Of a stretch of 34,978 nucleotides of DNA, positions 24,992-34,978 are shown piece by piece. The DNA is taken from assembly GCA_049999805.1 (NCBI GenBank), contig JBNGIO010003696.1, forward strand, positions 1 to 34,978, given 5' to 3'. The DNA is from Folioceros fuciformis (lineage: Eukaryota). Within the stretch, counting starts at the first letter, position 1. The number at the start of each line of letters is the position of its first letter. Under the pieces are notes generated by a model. That model did not search any database. It was not told where the DNA came from and was given only the letters and a program-made list of their open reading frames with translations. Made by a program: the position numbers and the translations under genes.

Positions 24992-25451
24992 ATGGCGGCG
25001 CAGACGATCTTCACGCTGCAATGCCTGCCATCTTCGTGCGCGGTTCTCCCCGTCCGAGCATTCAGGTTTGTCTTCGTTTTCGTGGAACGCGCAGAAGAGC
25101 TGAGACCTTGAGGCGCTGAATGCTGACTATGGCTGCAGGCTCCCAGGACGTCTGGAGAGAGTGGAGGCGAGGCCCCGCAGGACGCGGCTGTTCGCGGTGC
25201 AGGATGAGGAGAAAGGCGAGGTAGATGGATCGGTCTCCGGACCTGTTGCGCCGCCGCCTGTTGAGCAAAAGCCAGCCGCTGTTGACAAGAAGGCACAGCG
25301 GCGGGCGGATACGGAGAAGGGGCAAACCACGGCCATCGTCACCGGCGCCATTGCTGTCGCACTCGGTGTGGCTTACCTGGTGTTGATTCAATTGCTGGAC
25401 ACGAGAGGAGTGACTCTACTGCCTCCTCCTCCAGAGGCATTTGATCCTTAG
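24992..25451 (+). CDS. Small probable plastid single-pass membrane protein, 2 exons (24992-25065, 25139-25451)
   Basis: Transit-like MAAQTIFTLQCLPSSCAVLPVRAFRLPGR..., GT-AG intron in matching phase, hydrophobic helix TAIVTGAIAVALGVAYLVLIQLLD then TRGVTLLPPPPEAFDP. Confidence 0.75.
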
Positions 25452-25667
25452 ATGTTCAAGCACCGAATATCGCACTTGTTGAACAGAGACTGTATCAAAT
25501 GCACGAATGTTAAAAAACGTTGAGGTGCAGAAATAATAGCGGAGAGGAGTTGCAGAAAATAGTGGTACATGGAGGAGTGCCTGAAGGAGCCTTGTCCGAG
25601 GAGGAACTTGGTTCCATCGACAACGAAGAAATATCTCATGAGGAGGACACCACGAAAACCTTGAGGG

Positions 25668-28100
25668 TCATGACTGGCAGGGAGTCCCACAGGACGAAAG
25701 AGAAGGTTGGGTGACTGGTGTATAAGCACTAGTTGGATCCAGGATAGCGAGCCCCTGTTGCTCCAAAACTTCAGGTTTGAGTTGCCACTTGCTATCTACA
25801 TACTTTGCCACCTCATGGATTTTGGCATGCAGGAAGCCTTTGGGAGCCTGCGGGAACTTCTCGATGAGGAGCTCCTTGGTCTTTTTCAGACCTTGGTTTG
25901 AGGATGACATGAGCAGCTGCACAAATTCCTTATTGGCGCTGTCCGACCAAGCGAAAATCCGCTTCTTCCGTCCTCGTTTGGCACCGATGTGTGGCACGCT
26001 GGCAATGGCTAGCAGGTCTTCTGGAGGCTCGACCAGTACCTTTGGTGATATGGTGAGACACCTCAAGGCCTGAAGACACATGCGCTGCGTTTTGGTGAGA
26101 TCCGCAGGTGCCCCACCAGGCTCTGGGCCCGCATCTTGCTCCCTCCTCAGCATGTTGATGAGGAGCGGGCGGTTGAATCTGGCTGCATGATCCGTTGCGT
26201 TGTCCAGTACCTTCTGTAGCCTCTCGAATGTCTGGATGTTGAACTCGTCGGATGATGAGCTGAGGCCAGGTCGAAGCCCGAAAGAGGACTTGGGACGTGG
26301 GGAAGGTGTCTCTTCACCATCATCAGAATCAATCTCCTCCAGGTGTACTCCCTCACTTTCAGAAAGGTATCCATCCGGCACCATGAACCCGTCCGAGCTC
26401 TCATCTTCCTCTTCTGCTTCACCTTTGTCATCCTCCTCATCCTTCTCGCAGTCCGATAGACTCTCCCCGGGATCCTCCTCCTCCCATTCCTCATCGCTCT
26501 CCACCTCGTAGTCCAGCAAGGAGTCTTTCTTCAGCGGCCTACGGGCACTCACAACGTCACTCTTCTTAGACAACGTCCCGTAGTATGCAGGCCGGTGACT
26601 CTTGTCGAATTGCAGCAGCTTTCTTCTCTTCCTCTGGCACTTCCTCAGACCGCCGAGCCTCAAACCCTCCTCAACCCCAGGCTCATGGCTCGCCTCCACA
26701 CAATCAGTCTCCCCACTCTCACCTTCACCTTTGTCCTCGTTCCCATCATCCCCGCCTTCAAACTCACCACGATCCCTCTTCCGACTCACGCAACTACTCT
26801 TCCCCTGCCCTTCCCCACTTCCAAGCAATCTCAGCTCCCTGTAGAGAGAAACCTTGGGATGCCGACGCAGCCCCCACCTCTGCCCAAACTCCCGGCGTGA
26901 TAGAGAGCGCCAAGCCGAAAGATGACATTTCCAAAGTCTCTCCACATCCAGATCCCCATTTTCTACAATCTGCCTGTCCATGATCTCCACGTGAGTTGAT
27001 CCCGCCCCAGACCCTTGCGATGCCTGCTCGTGTTGCTCGTCCTCACACGCATTGTTCTTGTTGTTGCTCTGCGGGGAAGACGAATTCACTGCCGCCTCCG
27101 TCACCTCTGGCGTGACATTGTCCTTGTTCAATTTCAGGAACCTCCCCATGATCCCAGCCTGCCGCTGCAACGCCAGCTTTTGCTTATGCTCCAGTTTCTC
27201 CCTCTCCATTCTCTTCACCTCCTTTGCAGCAACCTTCTCCGCCTTCTCCATCTCCTTCTTCTCCCGCATCTTGGCTTTCTCAGCCTCCTTACTCCCCTTC
27301 TCCTCCTCCGCCACGGTCTGCTTCCTCACATCCCTCCTCTGCTTCCGTTCCTCAGCCACCGTCCTTATCGCTGCCTCATCATCCGCCTTGGCCAGCGCCT
27401 CTTTAGTCTTGTTCACCCAGGTGGGATCCATCTCCCCCGCCGTCAGCGCCCCGACCGCAGCCGCTAAGGCCACAAGCCGTTCGGAAATCTTCCTCCTCCT
27501 CTTCCTCCTGTCCGCCACCTCCCCCCTCGCTGAAGCCGGCAGCAGCTTCACGTCCCGCACCTCCCACCTCCATAGACAGTCCTCCGATGAGTCCTCTAGC
27601 ACATCTGCGTCCTCCCTCGTCAGCCCAAAGTTAACTCGCTCCCCAATGCTCAGCACGCTGCTCCTCACAGACGCCAGCGTTACTCCGCCCCCGACCTTCT
27701 CCCAGATTTGCTGCACCAGAGCCGAGAACGGCAGCACACTCTCCTCCACCAAAACCGCAATCTCCCCCCGCCTCGCCGCCGCTCCGTCCCCGGCCTCCCT
27801 GCTGCTCCCTTCCGCGAACTTCACCCCTTCTTCCTCCTTGTAGAACCTCACCAGGGCGGCCATCTCCTTCCTGTACTGCTCCACCAGGCCGGCTTTAGCG
27901 GCCTCGTCCAGAGGCACGGCGAACAGAGAGCGCTTCCTCTTGGGACCCCTCTTTGATCTCAATGGCGCTGCAGCCTCCAGTTTCGTCGCAGAAGCTTGGT
28001 CTTCCTGAGGTGAGGACCCATCCCCCGCCTTCTCCATCCCGTGCTTGAGCAAAGTGGAATGCAAATCGCTCCCAGGCGTAGCCATCTCTACCGCTTCCAT
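25668..28100 (-). CDS. FAS1: Chromatin assembly factor 1 subunit A (FAS1/FSM), single 810-aa ORF
   Basis: ADVLEDSSEDCLWRWEVRD, K/E/R-rich KER region, PIP-like QAGIMGRFL, CAF1A domain KLLQFDKSHRPAYYG...LDYEVESDEEWEEEDPGESLSD...FMVPDGYLSESEGV, C-terminal winged-helix-like region. Confidence 0.93.
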   Translation of the reverse strand: MEAVEMATPGSDLHSTLLKHGMEKAGDGSSPQEDQASATKLEAAAPLRSKRGPKRKRSLFAVPLDEAAKAGLVEQYRKEMAALVRFYKEEEGVKFAEGSSREAGDGAAARRGEIAVLVEESVLPFSALVQQIWEKVGGGVTLASVRSSVLSIGERVNFGLTREDADVLEDSSEDCLWRWEVRDVKLLPASARGEVADRRKRRRKISERLVALAAAVGALTAGEMDPTWVNKTKEALAKADDEAAIRTVAEERKQRRDVRKQTVAEEEKGSKEAEKAKMREKKEMEKAEKVAAKEVKRMEREKLEHKQKLALQRQAGIMGRFLKLNKDNVTPEVTEAAVNSSSPQSNNKNNACEDEQHEQASQGSGAGSTHVEIMDRQIVENGDLDVERLWKCHLSAWRSLSRREFGQRWGLRRHPKVSLYRELRLLGSGEGQGKSSCVSRKRDRGEFEGGDDGNEDKGEGESGETDCVEASHEPGVEEGLRLGGLRKCQRKRRKLLQFDKSHRPAYYGTLSKKSDVVSARRPLKKDSLLDYEVESDEEWEEEDPGESLSDCEKDEEDDKGEAEEEDESSDGFMVPDGYLSESEGVHLEEIDSDDGEETPSPRPKSSFGLRPGLSSSSDEFNIQTFERLQKVLDNATDHAARFNRPLLINMLRREQDAGPEPGGAPADLTKTQRMCLQALRCLTISPKVLVEPPEDLLAIASVPHIGAKRGRKKRIFAWSDSANKEFVQLLMSSSNQGLKKTKELLIEKFPQAPKGFLHAKIHEVAKYVDSKWQLKPEVLEQQGLAILDPTSAYTPVTQPSLSSCGTPCQS

Positions 28101-28279
28101 CCGACAGACATCAGATGGTAGCCAGGGGCCGCATTTCCCCGAAGTAGGATCCGAGGAGGAAAGATGGAGAAGATGGTTCTGTAGGGGTTGCGGACGAAAC
28201 TAAAGAAAAGAAAACCCAAGTGGATACACGGGAATGGTGCGGGTGTGGTCCAGTAGCCCGGGTTGGAGATAAATTGAGC

Positions 28280-28449
28280 TTCCCGCTCTCTTTTTCTCAA
28301 AGTTCAAAATGGTGGCGGCACTGGAGTTAACTGTTGAGGAGGTTTTGACTCAACTACCACCCCCTGCAGTTAGCCTTACCAAAGCTCGCGGTAGGTGACG
28401 CCATGGCCGGAGGTTGGTTGAGGTCGAGATGGTAATGTGGTTTTGGCGG
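28280..28449. promoter_or_regulatory. E2F-like motifs in the FAS1 / OB-fold gene divergent spacer
   Basis: TTTGGCGG at 28442-28449 matches TTTSSCGS; partial TTCCCGC at 28280-28286. Confidence 0.4.
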
Positions 28450-28493
28450 GATGTTTGATGCGGTCGGTGGAGGGGCGTTTGATGGTGTTCGGG

Positions 28494-31400
28494 ATGGAGG
28501 AGCAGGAAGATCGGTTTCTGCGGTTCGTGGAGTCGGCGAAGAGCACGCTCGGGCAGTTTGTAGGGGAGGAGAATGGAGCAGCGGTGGCCGTAGGCTGGAG
28601 CTGGGTCTGCTGGAGGGTGTTGGACTGCTTCCGGGCTTATCCCAGCGGGGTGACGGATGCGATTGTGCTCTCGGATCTGTATCAGGTGGGGGTTTGGTGT
28701 GGTAGCAGCCGTGCGTTTGTTTTTGGGTGGGGAGGATGGTCAGCTTATGGGGCTGGAATGGGGGCCAGGATTGGCTGGAGAAGGAGAGCATGGAGAGGCG
28801 GAGGACGGGCAAGGTGAGGGCTGATGGCGATGACGTGGTGGAGAGGAAGTGGGGGCAGCAGCGGCCCAGGCTGGAGAAGACTGTCAGCATTGACTCTGTT
28901 TTGGAGAAGAAGTTTGTGGCGCTGGATTCGGTGTTGGAGGCTGTCATCCTTGATGTACATCTCTTGCCTGGTACGGGAGGAGCCGGAAAGGCGGGTCGGA
29001 GTGATGTGCGGTGTTGGGTGCGGGAGACTGATGGATTGATTGAGTGTTGCTGCTTCGTAGGGACAAGCAGCTATTTGCTCAAGCTGGGCGATTTCTGGAG
29101 CTCGAGTAGCGTGGAGCTTTATCTTCACCGCAAGTGAGGACCAACGCCTCTAATTCAGCTGGGATCTGGGGAATCGAGGAATTGGTGGGCATGAGGAAGT
29201 GAGGGAGTGGCTGTGAATTGTGGCTTTGCAGATTCTATCATCTGATTACTGAAGGGGGACCTCTTCGACGGCAGAGAGAAATACGGCTCACGGGTTGCCG
29301 TCTTCGCGTCGCACTGGATTCGGCGTCTATCCCTCCTCGATTACTGCCAACGGAGTATATGGTCGTGTTGCTCTTTGAGGTATGCACGACTTCGTGGGGA
29401 TCCAGACAATTGATCTCAACTAGCAATCTTTGACAGTCGATTGAAACAGAGACAGGTTGTATGTTTCGGCTGACTTGCAGCGCCTAAGTACAACGTCATT
29501 GATTTGACAGTCAATGACAATCCGAAGGGCGTACCAAATTTGACAGGAGCACGATGAGGATGCACTTTTGCTGGGGGCCCGGTTCCTCTCTGATACGTTT
29601 TCTTGCGTAAGGCCCGATCCAGTTCAGTCTCAAACTGAGTATTGCGTGTATGCAAGGTAATGCAGGTTCACAGCTGGACTAAGTTGTGCAAGCTCCACGC
29701 ATGATTGATTTTGATCCCTTACCCATCCTCTGTGCAGGTTGGAGAACATCGGTGCGGTAGAATCTGGAGAACAGTGCAGATTAGTGAGGCTACAACTTCG
29801 TGACAGCAATGATGACACCATGCTGTTCATTCTCTGGGACGACCAGATCTCCTTTGTGAACTTACTGAGGTAGCGTATGATCCAGCTGTCTATATATTTA
29901 GCAAGACTCCCAGGCAATGCCGTGCCGCCTTATCACCTGCGTATTTGCAGCGAGGGCAGCATGATTGCACTTGAACGACCTTCCCTCACAACAGACGGTG
30001 AGACTGGGATTAGGACGGCTTGGGGGTTTTGCTTAGAACATGGAAGTGGGACTCGCATCTACACGGTTCCATACGTGCCATGCAAGGAGCAGGTGGGGTG
30101 GCTATCTTTCGTCATTTATATTTTTGGATTTTAAGTATAAGATGAGGATGACTCCTCCCGAGTCCAACCGGTCCATTCCTTTCTCATAATCGTGGTGGCT
30201 TATTTGTCTCTATTCCCGATGCTGGCAGGTAACTGTTGGAGCCACACAAAGTCAGAGTCATGTCCCACACACCCTTTCTATAGGGGAAGCCGGTAATATG
30301 TGCTCGTCGCAAGTGACCCTTCCACTAGACTCGCAGGGTTCTCTTGACTACAGAAACTTTCCCTTTAGGGTACTCCCTCAACCTAATGGTGTCCTGTTCG
30401 ACAGGGTAGAGGTTCCCTGACGAGCACCACAACCTGTTGCAGTTCTTTAGTGGCTTTACTGATGTTATCTTATCTCTGTTTCAGCTGCTCATCGAAAATC
30501 TGAGGTTGAAAATGTCACACGTGACATTGTATGGTCAAGTCGTGTCAGTTGTCGCCGACCGTGGATCTCCATCTATTTTCCTCTTGAGTCTAGCAGACAG
30601 GACGGGACTCACAATCATCAAACTCCTGTTTCCAAACTACTGGTGAGGCTTTGATCTTTTCATGATCCTTTTTTGAAATCCTAGTCAATTTAGAATGTGA
30701 TAAGAACTCGAGTGGGTGATGGAAGACGTGTTTGATTTGATCTGTAGGTCAGCATGCGAGGTTTGGAGTGGTCATCTTCTATTCATCACCGGTCTCGTCA
30801 CTGTCCAGGGTACTTCAGAGAGGTAGGCTCCGTAAATTTTGCCAAGTACGTTGAACTTTTGATGTAAGACGGTACTCGCAGTGTCGTGCATATTTATTTA
30901 GCTTGCCTCGTGCATGTGGGCTGTTTTGGTGACCAGGGTGGATTGCATCTGGAATGAACGGGATAATGGGTCAAAGCTTGTGAACGTTACACAACTGCCA
31001 GCATTGCTTTCTTCATCTTGTCTGCACCAAGTCGTCCCTGTCTCCAAGCTGGCTGGTTCTAGTGCCATGCAGGTATTCCATCTCAAATTCCTCACTTCTT
31101 CTCACAACTGTTTCGAATCCGATGATCAAAGGCGTGCACGGCATGCCTTCCGGGTGCCCTCACCAGGCACTCTTCCCGTTTGTGGTCAGGTATGCAGAAT
31201 ACGTCTCACGAGAATGAGAGCCATCAAAATAGAAATCTTCCCCTCCCACACCAAATGTGGGCGCTCTCTTCAGACAGTCGCTGGTGCCTGGAGCTGCGGT
31301 TTCTGCTGTCGAGCGTGTGACGGCAAGGAGGTTGCCAACTTGTTCTGCTCCGAGATCTCCTTCTGTGACTCCTCCGGACTAGGGGATGCTGTTGAATCGG

Positions 31401-31692
31401 AGGCAGTGTGCCGTGGTCAGGCAGCCGCTGAAATTCTCCAAACCACTCCGGACGTCTTCACCTCTTGGCCCTTTGTATGTCTCGTACCCCCTCATCCTGC
31501 TGTGCACGCATCCTGACAGTCTCCCTCCCATTGCCTCACTTGATAACGCTCTTTGTCCTTCCTCTGCAGGACCAGCAGGCGACGTTCTTGTGCTTTTTGG
31601 AGAACAAGGAATACCTGGTTAGCTTGTGCACGGACTCGACCACTATCGGGGGGACGAAGCTCACTATAGCTCGAGCGCTGAAGTGTGACTAA
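28494..31692 (+). CDS. Multi-OB-fold nucleic-acid-binding protein (probably the plant CDC24_OB-domain family), multi-exon
   Basis: AYPSGVTDAIVLSDLYQ, LELYLHR-like VELYLHRK, REIRLTGCRLR, RLLPTEYMVVLL, DALLLGARFLSDTF, FILWDDQ, LVNVTQLPALLSSSCLH, zinc-ribbon-like HTKC...CGFC; GT-AG exon chain. Start could be 28458, 28482 or 28494. Confidence 0.7.
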
Positions 31693-31907
31693 ATACTTAA
31701 CGGCCTTCTCGTATCTTTGTACTCCCGGGACTAATTCTGTCATAAATGGAAAGGGGTCCTTGTATGCGATACACTGCCAGAAACTTGAGAATGAACGGGG
31801 TCCAACTGAAACTCGAAGAATTTCTAGTTTGCATCTCCTGTAGCTCACGCTCGAGACCAGCAGTCGGCACGAGTTCTTGCACTTGAAGTAGTTCCAACCT
31901 TGGGACG

Positions 31908-34480
31908 ATGAGGCTGTCGCGTCTTCCAGCTCTCTGTCTGCGCCGCGTTGCTGCTTCTGCTTCCGAGCCCTGGTCGGCTGGAGCTGCTCTCTGTCACACG
32001 CGCTCTGCTGAGACAAGCGGGAGACAGGAAGCGGAGGCCGCCTCTCTGCGAAATGCTGCTGGTAGCAACGCGCGCCTATCCCTGGTTAGACTGATGAGGC
32101 GGCAGAGGCTCTGACTATTTCCGAATTGAATGAAGGCTCTCAGAGACGAAGACTGGAGCATGTACGTAGACGGAACAAGGATTTGAGCTCTAAACAGTCC
32201 GGTATGTATCTTAGGTTACAATGTCATGTACCTTGTTGCTACTGTGGATTGGAAAATGAGGAGCAGAGAAATGTGTTTTCCATGCAGAGTGGAGAGATGA
32301 TGAAGCGCAGCAACTAGAGGGTCAGGACGCCTCCGACAGTATGATGGATCATCGTCAGATGCAGCTTGTTTTCCTAGGGACTTCAGCATCTACGCCAACA
32401 ATTACTAGGAACACTTCATGCATAGCTCTGAGACTTTGTAAGCGCACAAGCTGTCCCTTCTATTTGGAGCTCTCTTGTTTGTTTTGCTGGTAGCTGATGA
32501 GTGTGTCCTGTTCCCACAGACGGAACAATATTTCTGTTCGATTGTGGCGAGGGTGTCCAGCGGCAGCTGCAAAGGACTCCCTTCCGGCAGACCACGATTG
32601 ACAATGTGTTCATCACTCACATGCATGGTGACCATGTATCCTCGGTTGAATCCGTGATATGTTTCTTACATTTCATTTAGTTTTAGTTTCTTTCGTTTTC
32701 CCCTTGACAGTTTGGTACCAGATATTTGGCCTTCCAGGTTTGCATCTGATTATGCATCCATTTGACACATGTATCTCGTGCCAACTTGGTGTATGTCCCT
32801 TTTGCAAGGGGGTTGCTTGGGTATTAGCTCGAAATGGGTGGCTTGTACTTGAACTTTTCTTTCTTGTTGGATGTTTGTAGCAAGGCCTTCTCTGTAGTTT
32901 AGGAATGTTATCTCCACCAACCAAGAAGCCAGTGAATATTTTTGGACCTGTTGGTCTGCGGGAGTGGATACGAACCACGTTGAAGACATGCCAGGCCCGC
33001 ATGTTTCCCAAATACGTGGTTCATGAGCTTGTGTTGAAGGAGGTAGGCGCAGCATTTCAAACGCTGGGTAGCATTGTATTTGTCGGTTGTTAAGGATACA
33101 AGAATGCGAATAATTTCAAGCCAATGGTATTGCTTTCGTTCAGGGTAGGTCTTTCAAGAGGGCAGCAACTCGAAACTTAGCAGGCGATAGACATGAAGAT
33201 GAACTGCCTGGCGAAGACATTTTATCATCAAAGGATGGTCTCTGGCATGTGTACGTCTCCCACAAGTATTTTGTCCAATCCATTGGTGATATGAGTTTGC
33301 CCGCGCAGCAATGTCTATCTGGTTAATATGCAGGCATAAAGACGATCGGTACACTGTTAAAGCTGGACTTCTAGCTCATACCATTCCTTGTTGGGGTTAT
33401 GTTGTGGAGGAGCGTTCTCGTCCAGGCAGGTACATGTAGGGAAACGGAGTACATTCCATGCAAGGGTGTCTCTGCTTCGTATGCATTGTTGCTGAAAGAC
33501 CTATACTTGTCTTTTCCAGGTTCTCAGTGGAGCGAGCCGTCAAAGCTGGAGTCAGGCCCGGACCCATGTTCAGTCAACTACAGAATGGTCATGCTGTTAC
33601 ACTAGGCAACGGCAAAGTGGTATGTACTCAGCTTAAGACCCGAGCAGCAGAGAGGTCTTGATTTTCTGGACAAGGGCGTCTCCTCATGCATCCTCACACG
33701 CTTCATAGGTCAAACCATCGGATGTTCTGGGAGAAACAAGGAGAGGCCGGAAAGTAGGTAAATGCCATTCACAGTTTCCCAGTGCATGATTCTCGTCAAT
33801 GATGCATTACAATTCTACCACTTATCTTTTGCATACAGTGATATTGGGAGACACATGTGACTCGAGGTCTCTCATAAATGCCGCCAGAAGAGCGGATGTT
33901 CTAGTCCATGAAGCTACCTTGACCGAGCAGGATGCAGCTGAAGCCAAAACACGTGGGCACTCGACAGCAAGTTATCTGCGCTACTGCTCTCCCCCTGCTT
34001 TTTATCACTAGCTGTGTCCTAACTGTGAGACGTTATTGCTGAACTATATTTAGCGGGGGCTTTCCACTTTGCTGATCTCTCCTCCCACATGATCTGCAAC
34101 ATGTGCAGCTATGGCTGGAGAGTTTGCAAAAGCCGTGGATGCCGATAAGTTGGTGTTGACTCATTTCAGTGGCAAACTGGAGGGTGCTCTTCATGGCGTC
34201 AGTGTAAGACCGCACTTGGAAATGTCGTCTTTTGAAACACACATGGACCTGGGTATGGACTTACCCACCTTCACGGTGACCATCGCTCCCTTTTCTGCAG
34301 GAAAGAGGTGCTGGCACTGTGCAGGACCTGGTTCTTGCAGCAAAATGTGCATTCGGCAAAGAGGTTCTCGCTGCAAGGGATCTGTTCGCCTTGACTGTAC
34401 ACGCAACGGACGAACCTGCAAATACCGGAGCCTTTGTAGCTATGGACAACAGCATTCCACCATTGGTGGCTGCAGCCTGA
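31908..34480 (+). CDS. Ribonuclease Z short form, bacterial/ELAC1-type, with N-terminal targeting-like extension, multi-exon
   Basis: QLVFLGTSASTPTITRNTS, FLFDCGEGVQRQ, ITHMHGDHIFGLPG (HxHxDH), HTIPCWGY, GP-motif arm GVRPGPMFSQLQNG, ILGDT, VHEAT, GHST, VLTHFSG, AARDLF; stop TGA at 34478-34480. Confidence 0.92.
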
Positions 34481-34978
34481 CAGAAGGATTGACTTACAGC
34501 TCTCCCTCCTCATGGGAATAGTTGGGGTGTGTTCGCCTATTCACATTGGAGTCGTCCAGGCAAGATGGGTGCGTTTGAGAGTTACTTTTATGCTTTCTAC
34601 ATTAAGTAGGAGGAGGAGCAGCCATCAGTGTGGTATACTTCAAAAGACGAGCGTCCCGTACCTTCCCGAGCACAAGCATAAGTGTACGCAAGCAGGATAT
34701 TCAATTCCTTGTACTCTGATTCTCTATGGGGTGTGTAATAGTGTTGTTCACCATTTCCGCGGTGCAGGTGGGAATTCCATCTCTGCGAAGTTTTTGAACG
34801 GAGCTCTGCTGGAAGAAAACCCCTCCTTAAAAACAGTTGCCTTGTTTGGTAGTTGGCGAGTTGGCCTTAGCTGCCTTCTTGGGTAGTTGACCCTCGTAGT
34901 GTCCCGTTTTTCAGTCAAGGCTCTCCTTCCTGAAACCTTCGGTTCGGGGTTGAGGGGGCTGAGGCTTTCGTTTTGCCC

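Noticed and set aside
27052..27843. 263-aa plus-strand ORF and other ORFs opposite FAS1
   Set aside because: Antisense shadows of the K/E-rich FAS1 coding strand; low complexity, no motifs.
12375..34480. Bacterial-like enzymes (PfkB, MoaA, RNase Z) as an operon or recent horizontal transfer
   Set aside because: All have spliceosomal introns and eukaryotic N-terminal extensions, belong to known plant families and are interspersed with unrelated genes.
34512..34886. 124-aa ORF at the window end
   Set aside because: No recognisable motif; lies in the probable 3' UTR or intergenic region after RNase Z.

Overview
Eukaryotic, gene-dense nuclear DNA from a plant (about 50% GC, introns mostly 70-140 nt, spacers of a few hundred bp). 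The ORF track fragments are exons of about 11 spliced genes, modelled here by hand from splice sites and frame continuity: ABCB P-glycoprotein (+), WDR91-like (-), PfkB kinase (+), PTAC6/PAP8 (-), CNX2/MoaA (+), CCDC146/MBO2-like axonemal protein (+), CRIPT (-), a small plastid-type membrane protein (+), CAF-1 subunit FAS1 (-), a CDC24-like OB-fold protein (+) and a bacterial-type short tRNase Z (+). An AT-rich, repeat-laden intergenic block lies at about 6200-8000 and a 100-N gap at 639-738. A flagellar gene next to land-plant plastid genes suggests a plant with motile sperm; the compactness is hornwort/lycophyte-like (inference only). I see no novel multi-gene system. The best observations are up to four minor-spliceosome (U12) introns including an AT-AC intron, an intronless FAS1, E2F-like motifs between FAS1 and the OB-fold gene, a very short divergent spacer, a duplicated exon end in PfkB and an AT-rich island in CCDC146. 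Family names come from recalled motifs, not database searches.
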